This document shows, piece after piece, positions 27,341 through 33,987 of a stretch of DNA of 64,000 bases. The notes beneath the pieces are model-generated. The model searched no databases. It saw only the letters and a list, made by a program, of their open reading frames with translations, and was not told the DNA's origin. Origin of the DNA: an uncultured Candidatus Poseidoniales archaeon (GTDB lineage: Archaea; Thermoplasmatota; Poseidoniia; Poseidoniales; Poseidoniaceae). The translations under genes and the position numbers were made by a program. Each line of letters begins with the position of its first letter. Position 1 is the stretch's first letter. Location of the stretch: the NCBI GenBank assembly GCA_905182125.1, contig CAJJAV010000008.1, positions 3,974 to 67,973 on the forward strand, written 5' to 3'.

Positions 27341-29744
27341 TGTTCAAAGCGCCGCCAACGGGACTTCAATGGATGTATGGCTGCTCGATGGTGAGCGTGG
27401 GGCAGTCAAGGTCAATGTCCCCTGGTGCCCTTCAATTCACGTCCATGCAACCCGGCACCGACTGAAGCACCTGTGGGCTTGGTTGGAACAACCTGAGATT
27501 CGTGACCGATTTGGCGTTGGCATGATGCGAACGCACCGTTCTCGACTTTCATTCGATGCTTCGGAAGTGGATGATGTGCTCGAAATCGATGTCCACAACA
27601 GTTGGAACATGAGGAAACTAGCAGCCCACATTGAAACCCGGGGTCAGTACCGTCACCACACCCTCTATTCGGTCGACGCTCACCTAGCGCAGCGTTTTCT
27701 GGTTGAGTATGGCATAGCACCATTCCAACGGGTGGAGTGGGACGGGGCCACATTCCAAGCCTTGCAACGCTCTTGGCACCTGCCAGAACTCAGCGTTGTT
27801 CACATGAGCGTCACCTACCGTACCACCAACGGGTTTCACACAGAAGAGGCTGAAATTGATGCCATCGAATTCCGAGCCTGTTCAGCAGATGGCCGATGCG
27901 ACCTTGATGCGCCGCCCATGCGTTCGCTGCTTCGGGCGAATCATCGCGATTCAGGGATGTTCTTGGGGCATCTTGAAGCGGTCATGAGCGAGTTCAATCC
28001 TGATGTGCTGTTGACGCACGGTGGCGATGGGCTCCATTTCCCTGCATTGATGAGGCTGGCAAAGCAAGCAGGTGTGACCTTGTCGCTCAGCCGTGATGAC
28101 CGTCCACTGGCGGCTCGTACCTCTGCTCGAACTGTTCACTCATACGGCCAAACCCTGCATAAAGACGGGTATATCCCACTGTATGGGCGCCTGCACATCG
28201 ATCAAAACAGCAGCTTCATCGTTCGTGAGGGTGGCTTACTCGGTCTGTTTGAACTGGCACAGCATTCCCAACAATCCCCGCAAGACATCTCCCGACTTTC
28301 GCCTGGGTCCGTGATCAGTGCGATTCAAATGCGTACGGCAATGGAGGATGGGGTGCTTGTGCCATGGAAGAAAAACCGTCCAGAGGATACCAAAACTGCT
28401 TGGGCGTTGCTTCATGCCGACCGGGGTGGTTTGTACCTTGACAGCAAACCCGGCGTGTATGGTCACGTGGTTGAACTTGACTTTGCGAGCCTCTTTCCAA
28501 GCATCATTGCCACTCGTAACATCTCCACTGAGACCCTTAACTGCCCGTGTTGCCAAGCTAAAGAATCGCCTGATGCAAGTCACTTTGTTCCCCTTCACCC
28601 CGCTGATGCGGAACGGGCCTTTACCGAGCGACACACAAAACGTCACTTCGGTGCAGGGCTGTTTCCAATCGCTTCTCCAAACGCTCTTCCCGTTCCCGGA
28701 CTTGCCTCACACACATGTGGGCAAATTCACGGCTTCCTCGGACGCATTGTAGCGCCCTTGATTGAGCGAAGGCGCCAGTTGAAGCTTCAAATCCTCACCA
28801 AAGGCGACCGTTTTGATCAACAGCAAAATGCTCTCAAATGGTTGCTCGTAACCTGCTTTGGATACACAGGATACAAGAATGCTCGATTTGGACGGATTGA
28901 AGCCCACGAAGCGATTTGCGCTTGGGCGCGTGATATTCTTCTCGAGACCATTGCGATGGCGGAAGAAGACGGTTGGGAAGTGCTGCATGCCATCGTGGAT
29001 TGTGTTTGGATTCAGGACCGGCGTCAGCGAACTGCAGAACAACGCCGCATCGATGCTCATGCCTTCGCTCAACGGGTCACAGAACGTGTGGGAATCCCTC
29101 TTGAATTCGAAGACATGTACCGTTTCATCGGTTTTGTCCCGAGCCGTGTTCACGGAGCTGGTTCCCTGACGAAGTATTGGGCGTTTGGAGAACATGGGTT
29201 GAAAGTTCGAGGGATTGAACAACGGCAACACTCGACCTGTGTCTGGGTTGCCAACATGCAACAAAGGGCGCTCCAAATGCTCGTTGAACATTCCAACGAC
29301 ATCGATGGTGTTCCTGGTCTGACGGCTCAAAAAGCAGTCGTTTCGCTGTTGCAGCAACAGATTCAGCGCCTCGAGCGGAATGAAGTTGGGTTGGACGAAC
29401 TTGTTGTGGCACGCCGAGTGACTCGGGATTTGGATGACTTTCATGTGGCGACCCTCACCCATGCAGCGTTGCTTCGTGGTCGCCTTCACGGTGTGACCAT
29501 TCCCCCAGGGGGTAAAGTGCGCTTTGCAGTTGTTGCTTCGACTGGGATGGTGCAACATGAACGGGTGATTTTACTCGAAGAGTTGGATCATGATCAACAC
29601 CTGTCGAAACGTCCCGATGTGGATCATTACAGAGCGTTGGCCATCCGTGCCATTTGGGCCATTGTGGCACCTTTTGGATGGGATGAAGAGGAAGTGTGTG
29701 TCGGTCAGCGTCGATCATCGTTGGATGCTTACATGGAGCAGTGA
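27321..29744 (+). CDS. polB: Family-B DNA polymerase with degenerate 3'-5' exonuclease motifs (PolB2-like)
   Basis: Seen: pol motif A ELDFASLFPSII, motif B KWLLVTCFGYTGY, and motif C reading VLHAIVDCV where canonical PolB has VLYxDTDG/S (second Asp kept). ExoI is LSVVHMSV instead of FDIE, and ExoII is THGGDGLHFPAL instead of YNGDxFDxPYL. Alignment to Pfu-type PolB was done by eye from memory. Confidence 0.9.
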   Translation: MSRPILDVQSAANGTSMDVWLLDGERGAVKVNVPWCPSIHVHATRHRLKHLWAWLEQPEIRDRFGVGMMRTHRSRLSFDASEVDDVLEIDVHNSWNMRKLAAHIETRGQYRHHTLYSVDAHLAQRFLVEYGIAPFQRVEWDGATFQALQRSWHLPELSVVHMSVTYRTTNGFHTEEAEIDAIEFRACSADGRCDLDAPPMRSLLRANHRDSGMFLGHLEAVMSEFNPDVLLTHGGDGLHFPALMRLAKQAGVTLSLSRDDRPLAARTSARTVHSYGQTLHKDGYIPLYGRLHIDQNSSFIVREGGLLGLFELAQHSQQSPQDISRLSPGSVISAIQMRTAMEDGVLVPWKKNRPEDTKTAWALLHADRGGLYLDSKPGVYGHVVELDFASLFPSIIATRNISTETLNCPCCQAKESPDASHFVPLHPADAERAFTERHTKRHFGAGLFPIASPNALPVPGLASHTCGQIHGFLGRIVAPLIERRRQLKLQILTKGDRFDQQQNALKWLLVTCFGYTGYKNARFGRIEAHEAICAWARDILLETIAMAEEDGWEVLHAIVDCVWIQDRRQRTAEQRRIDAHAFAQRVTERVGIPLEFEDMYRFIGFVPSRVHGAGSLTKYWAFGEHGLKVRGIEQRQHSTCVWVANMQQRALQMLVEHSNDIDGVPGLTAQKAVVSLLQQQIQRLERNEVGLDELVVARRVTRDLDDFHVATLTHAALLRGRLHGVTIPPGGKVRFAVVASTGMVQHERVILLEELDHDQHLSKRPDVDHYRALAIRAIWAIVAPFGWDEEEVCVGQRRSSLDAYMEQ

Positions 29745-29826
29745 TGGAAGCATATCCAAGCACTCGTGCCCATACAGACTCGCAAAAAGAAGCATCATTG
29801 TATGTTTTTTGTATCGAAACCCCACT

Positions 29827-30837
29827 TCAGAGTTCACTCGATTCTGGATTGGTTTCAGTTCTGAAGTATCGGTAGAAGAAGTACAATGATGCCCCCGTCA
29901 ATATGTGCCACACAGCATGGTATTGGAACAGTGAATCAGGGTTACAGGCTGCCTCACCGCTGCGACCATAGCGCCATACGATGTTGCCCACAATGTAGCA
30001 GCCGAATCCAATCCACAAATCCGGTTGAGCTTTGCGAAGGAGGGTCTGTCCCGGGTTGAAGTGGAGCGCTAATGCGATGCCGATGAACATCAAACAGAGG
30101 AGGATGATTTGCATGGTTGGGGCGCCAACAGAAAGTGTGATGCATGCCACAAGTGGGACTCCAATCATCCAAGGCCATTGATTCCCAGTGAGGTTTTTTG
30201 CCTCCTGTATCAGCCATACTCCGATGTACAAGGACCACAAATAATCTCGTGTGATGCTGGAGAGTTTGAGGTTCCGTGATCCTGAAAAGTTCTCAATGAG
30301 GGTGACGTTATTGTTGGCAGCAAAGGTGTCCAATAGGGCAGTCAATACGAACACGCAGAAAAACACAGTTAGAAAAAATCGGTCACTCCAGCGGTATTGG
30401 CGGCTGAGGTTGTAATAAACGGGAAAGGAGATGAAAAACAACATGCCGGTCCAATCCATACTGGTGCCCCAGTTGGTGTTCGTACCATGCATGGCAAAAC
30501 TACCGACTCCAATGTAGATGGAACCGGTTGCGAAAAGAATCGGGTACACGCTCCGTTCAAGCATTGGATTTCTTGACTTCTCCCTGGTTGTAGGCAGGTT
30601 CCACAAAACAACGAGCCCCACGAACACATAGGTCAAGTTGGACAACGTGTTCATCGGTTCCTTGATCAGTCCATCGGAGATTCCTTCGCAGAAATTGGTG
30701 GCAGATTCAATAGGCTCAACAGCCCATGTTGATGCACCAAGGATCGCGTACATTGTAGCAAGAAGGACCAATATTCCGATGGAAACAACAAACTCCCGCT
30801 TTTGTTCGAACAGCGTCGAAAACGATTGTTTGGTCAT
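29827..30837 (-). CDS. Alkaline ceramidase-family (PF05875-like) 7-TM membrane hydrolase
   Basis: Seen: NFCEGISDGLIKEPMNTLSNLTYV (compare ACER WCEeNY..iaEfwNTvSNl), FAMHGT...MDWTGM, and the C-terminal QYHAVWHILTGASLYFFY. The ATG at 30837 is preferred. Confidence 0.7.
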   Translation of the reverse strand: MTKQSFSTLFEQKREFVVSIGILVLLATMYAILGASTWAVEPIESATNFCEGISDGLIKEPMNTLSNLTYVFVGLVVLWNLPTTREKSRNPMLERSVYPILFATGSIYIGVGSFAMHGTNTNWGTSMDWTGMLFFISFPVYYNLSRQYRWSDRFFLTVFFCVFVLTALLDTFAANNNVTLIENFSGSRNLKLSSITRDYLWSLYIGVWLIQEAKNLTGNQWPWMIGVPLVACITLSVGAPTMQIILLCLMFIGIALALHFNPGQTLLRKAQPDLWIGFGCYIVGNIVWRYGRSGEAACNPDSLFQYHAVWHILTGASLYFFYRYFRTETNPESSEL

Positions 30838-31022
30838 GGGTCGGCGACATCGCTGTAGTATTTCGTTCTGAGTGTTGAACAGCAGCATTGTCCCAGCAGG
30901 CAGATGTCATCGAGCCACATCGACGTGGCTCGGTTGCTAACCTGATACACTTTTCAGCTTCTATTCATACTCAACGCATATCAGTGAAGTGCTTTACGCT
31001 CAGGTCGGGTGACTCTTTGGGA

Positions 31023-31772
31023 GTGAAGAAATATGGGGACCGTGAGGTCATTGATTTGTCCGAATGGGGCCGGCCAATCGCTCGTGTGATGGCCAACTTC
31101 CTCAAGGAGAAACCAATTTCTGTGATGCAGGTCACCAACATCCACTTTGTTCTCTCGCTCTATTGTGCTTGGCTGATCTATGAAGGGAGCACAATTCTTG
31201 CTTGCTCGTTGCTCATTGTGAAGGGTGTGATTGACGCAGTTGATGGCGAATTGGCCCGCATGCGTGAACGTCCATCGCACGTTGGACGGTACTGGGACAC
31301 CGTGGCTGACACCCTCGGCTTGGTTGCTGTAATGTGGGCATTCGCTACCCTGTTGAACTGGGAGGTTGCTTTCACCGGTGCCATGATTTTGGCGACCTTA
31401 TTCCAGTATTCATTGTTCAATCACTATTCAATTTTGATGCGTGCCCTCGGTTCCGGGGACGACACCAGTCGAATTGATGAGCGCGTCCGCCCGGTTGCTC
31501 ACCCTTGGGAGAAGCAGAGCAATGTCAACTTCTTGCATTTCATCTACTTGTGCTTTTTCAGTTGGCAAGACCGAATCATCTCCGCATTAACTGGCAAAGG
31601 CTCAGAAAAACTCGTGTTCGAATTGACCGTTTCTTCTTCGCTCGGATACGGTGCACAATCGATCGTCATCTTTTTGCTGGCATTGACACAGAACCTCGAT
31701 TACTTGCCTCACTTGGTCTTAGGTGTCAATGGTTCTTTGATGGCCTTGGTCATCCTTCGCAGTCGAATCTAG
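31023..31772 (+). CDS. CDP-alcohol phosphatidyltransferase family protein
   Basis: Seen: signature DAVDGELARMRERPSHVGRYWDTVAD (D-x2-DG-x2-AR...G-x3-D-x3-D) and multiple TM helices. The start is uncertain (GTG 31023 is my choice; the track has TTG 30888). Confidence 0.8.
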   Translation: MKKYGDREVIDLSEWGRPIARVMANFLKEKPISVMQVTNIHFVLSLYCAWLIYEGSTILACSLLIVKGVIDAVDGELARMRERPSHVGRYWDTVADTLGLVAVMWAFATLLNWEVAFTGAMILATLFQYSLFNHYSILMRALGSGDDTSRIDERVRPVAHPWEKQSNVNFLHFIYLCFFSWQDRIISALTGKGSEKLVFELTVSSSLGYGAQSIVIFLLALTQNLDYLPHLVLGVNGSLMALVILRSRI

Positions 31773-31837
31773 AGCAAGCATCGACCTGATTGTCTTTGGC
31801 TTGAACCGAAGGCTAGCGTGTTTTCTTTCGATAAGGA

Positions 31838-32017
31838 ATGGAAACCGTGACTCCAAGGCGGTGCCATGAACCTACCAAAGACCTCTCAATAGGCGGAAAT
31901 GAGTGGTCTTGTTACCATTCTTGCTGCCGTACAGTCTTGGTTTCAAATTCAAGAATGACAAGGGATCCGCCAAAGTACTGCAGCTCTCACGTTAACAGAA
32001 CTGTTTCACTGCCTTGA
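31838..32017 (+). CDS. Possible 59-aa Cys/His-rich small protein (below the track threshold)
   Basis: Seen: my own translation is METVTPRRCHEPTKDLSIGGNEWSCYHSCCRTVLVSNSRMTRDPPKYCSSHVNRTVSLP. It fills most of an otherwise anomalous 250-nt convergent spacer and ends 5 nt from the neighbouring stop. RBS spacing is poor and I recognise no homology. Confidence 0.3.
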   Translation: METVTPRRCHEPTKDLSIGGNEWSCYHSCCRTVLVSNSRMTRDPPKYCSSHVNRTVSLP

Positions 32018-32022
32018 TTTCA

Positions 32023-32733
32023 TCAATGCAAACCGGCATCTGTCAACTGATCGAACACACGGAAGAGGCTCTTTGCGACCCTTGGTTCCGGCCACATACC
32101 TGAAGTCCCGCTTGGTTGGTGAATCAACCATCTGGGAGAGCGGTCTGTTTTCGCACTTCTTTGTTCGGTGAGGTGTTGGGATGAACGCCGTTCAATCATC
32201 GCCAGCAAATGTTGATGCCGCTTGGATACCGGTTCGGTAGCAGTAATGACAATGACTGCCGTGTTGCTTTTTTCAGCCAAGTCTTGGAGTTGAATGCTGA
32301 TGCTACGCATAAGACTCCGGGCCTCATGATCCCCCACTTGCGTGTCCAAATGCATGGCAATCGGTCCATCGATCACTACCAATGGGGATCGAGTGATCGA
32401 AACTTCCCTTGGCAGACGTTCAACTAAAGTGGCCAGTTGATGAACGGTAAAACCACGCCCGATGAACAAACGATGGAGATGATCACGTGCTGAAGGCTCA
32501 TGACTTGGAAAGCATTTCAAAATCCGGCTTGGGTCAATGCGTGATGCACCATCGACCCAGTGGACACTTTCACCTCGCATCAAAGCGGCTACGGTCCAAG
32601 CCTCAGCGTACTTCCTCATGCTCTGTCCTGCACGGCCATGGCCGTGCAACTGGTAGATTCCCCCCCGCATTGGTGCGATTGTTGTGAGGTCCAATGCTGC
32701 ATCGCTTCGTTGAATGGGGAAGTTAACGGTCAT
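32023..32733 (-). CDS. RadB/RecA-fold paralog with a degenerate Walker A (predicted ATPase-dead)
   Basis: Seen: MRGGIYQLHGHGRAGQS sits at the P-loop position (GxxGxGK[ST] with Lys replaced by Gln). Also present are ESVHWVDG, the Rad51/RadB-like LHRLFIGRGFTVHQLATLVERL, Walker B PLVVIDG, and NTAVIVIT. The family call is by eye. Confidence 0.7.
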   Translation of the reverse strand: MTVNFPIQRSDAALDLTTIAPMRGGIYQLHGHGRAGQSMRKYAEAWTVAALMRGESVHWVDGASRIDPSRILKCFPSHEPSARDHLHRLFIGRGFTVHQLATLVERLPREVSITRSPLVVIDGPIAMHLDTQVGDHEARSLMRSISIQLQDLAEKSNTAVIVITATEPVSKRHQHLLAMIERRSSQHLTEQRSAKTDRSPRWLIHQPSGTSGMWPEPRVAKSLFRVFDQLTDAGLH

Positions 32734-32771
32734 ACCTCGGAAGGTTTGGAACCCGGTCCTCTTTCCTTCGG

Positions 32772-32795
32772 TTCACCCCCTCGGGTGAAAGTGAA
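32772..32795 (-). promoter_or_regulatory. Operator-like cluster: inverted repeat TTCACCC-N4-GGGTGAA overlapping GTGAAAGTGAA (= TTCACTTTCAC on the minus strand)
   Basis: Seen: it sits in the 120-nt divergent intergenic region, with the 11-mer 51 nt from the RadB-like ATG and 58 nt from the dinB ATG. The function is inference. Confidence 0.4.
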
Positions 32796-32853
32796 TGTCA
32801 TCAGGCCAAAAGATGTCATCAACTTGAAACACCGTGGCCACTCGAACAGGGTC

Positions 32854-33987
32854 ATGAAGGAGGAGAATGCAGGGACCTCTTCCTCAAACGAACGCATTCT
32901 TGTCCATTGTGATTTGGATGCGTTTTTTGCTTCGGTGGAAATCCTTCACCGAAGTTTAGACCCAGAACGTCCATTGATCATTGGATCAGACCCCAAAAGT
33001 GGTCGCGGGCGTGGCATCGTTTCCACATGCAACTACGCAGCCAGAGCGTTTGGTATTCGCTCCGCCATGCCGATTGGCGAAGCGTGGCGACGTTGCCCAG
33101 GTGCTCCGTTTGGCACAGGGCACTACATTCATGGTACGCGAGGTTTGTACAATCGAGCCTCAAGAAAGGTGATGGCGATGTTACGACCTCCGGCAGAACA
33201 TTTTGAACAAGCGGGCATCGATGAGGCCTATCTTGACATTACGAATGAAGTCGAAGGTGATTGGGATCGAGCTTACGCCCTCTGCCGTGATTTGCAAAAA
33301 TCGATTGAAGCGCACTTGGGTCTCACCGCTTCGTTCGGTATTGCACCGACACGAATCTTGGCAAAAATGTCAAGTGAAATCAACAAACCAAACGGGATTT
33401 TTAGGATGCTGCCAGACGAAACTCACGAATTCTTTGTCGAACGCTCGTTGCGTGAAGTCCCCGGTATTGGACCGAAAAGGGCCACACAATTGGCCGAGTG
33501 GGGTTTCAACACCGTCGATGAAGCATATGAATTGGGTGAATTGGCGTTGGGACGCATCGCAGGTGAACGGTTTGCGACCTGGCTTGTACAGGTCGTCGAC
33601 GGTGATACCAGCAGTGAAGTGAGCCCTCTTCGCAGTCGCAAATCGATTGGTAAGGAGAACACATTTTCTAGCGATGAACATGACAATGAACGCGTGTTGG
33701 AGCGCCTCAAAACACTTGTCGAGACGGTGATGGCCAAGGCCAAGGGGATCGGCGTGGCAGGTCGCTTGTGCGAGGTTAAGGTACGGTACACTGGGTTTGA
33801 AACTCATACCCATGGGCGTTCAATTCCTGTGGCCATGGATGATGTCGATGTCTTCACGCGCCTTGCGGTACGTTTGTTTGCTCTGAATGTCGATCATCAA
33901 CGACCAATCCGTTTGATTGGTTTTCGACTTGGTCAACTCGACATGCCACCAACTCGGCAAGCCAAGTTAGCACTCGAAGAGGAATAA
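32854..33987 (+). CDS. dinB: Y-family DNA polymerase IV (DinB/Dbh/Dpo4)
   Basis: Seen: HCDLDAFFASVE, GIVSTCNYAARAFGIRSAMP, GIDEAYLDIT, SFGIAPTRILAKMSSEINKPNG, VPGIGPKRATQL. The ATG at 32854 is preferred; the track ORF extends to 32560 and would overlap the divergent gene. Confidence 0.9.
   Translation: MKEENAGTSSSNERILVHCDLDAFFASVEILHRSLDPERPLIIGSDPKSGRGRGIVSTCNYAARAFGIRSAMPIGEAWRRCPGAPFGTGHYIHGTRGLYNRASRKVMAMLRPPAEHFEQAGIDEAYLDITNEVEGDWDRAYALCRDLQKSIEAHLGLTASFGIAPTRILAKMSSEINKPNGIFRMLPDETHEFFVERSLREVPGIGPKRATQLAEWGFNTVDEAYELGELALGRIAGERFATWLVQVVDGDTSSEVSPLRSRKSIGKENTFSSDEHDNERVLERLKTLVETVMAKAKGIGVAGRLCEVKVRYTGFETHTHGRSIPVAMDDVDVFTRLAVRLFALNVDHQRPIRLIGFRLGQLDMPPTRQAKLALEEE

Noticed and set aside
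28707-29558. 283-aa ORF antisense to polB (similarly 21256..21918 antisense to the MBL gene, and 10005..10442)
   Set aside because: The sense strand carries strong, contiguous family motifs. The antisense products have no motifs and would imply full-length gene overlap.
27321-29744. Inteins in PolB (also checked in RtcB, the topoisomerase and ValRS)
   Set aside because: Protein lengths are normal and the conserved motifs are contiguous, with no Cys/Ser...HN insertion blocks.
32560-32853. N-terminal 98-aa extension of the dinB ORF given in the track
   Set aside because: It would overlap the divergent RadB-like gene by 174 nt and adds Cys-rich non-homologous sequence. The conserved DinB N-terminus begins just after the ATG at 32854 (GTG 32785 is kept as a minor alternative).
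27053-33987. Treating PolB, the ceramidase-like gene, the CDP-alcohol transferase, the RadB-like gene and DinB as one contiguous island or operon
   Set aside because: The strands alternate and the two lipid genes have no repair link. Only the shared upstream 11-mer connects the two repair units, so I report a possible regulon rather than an operon.
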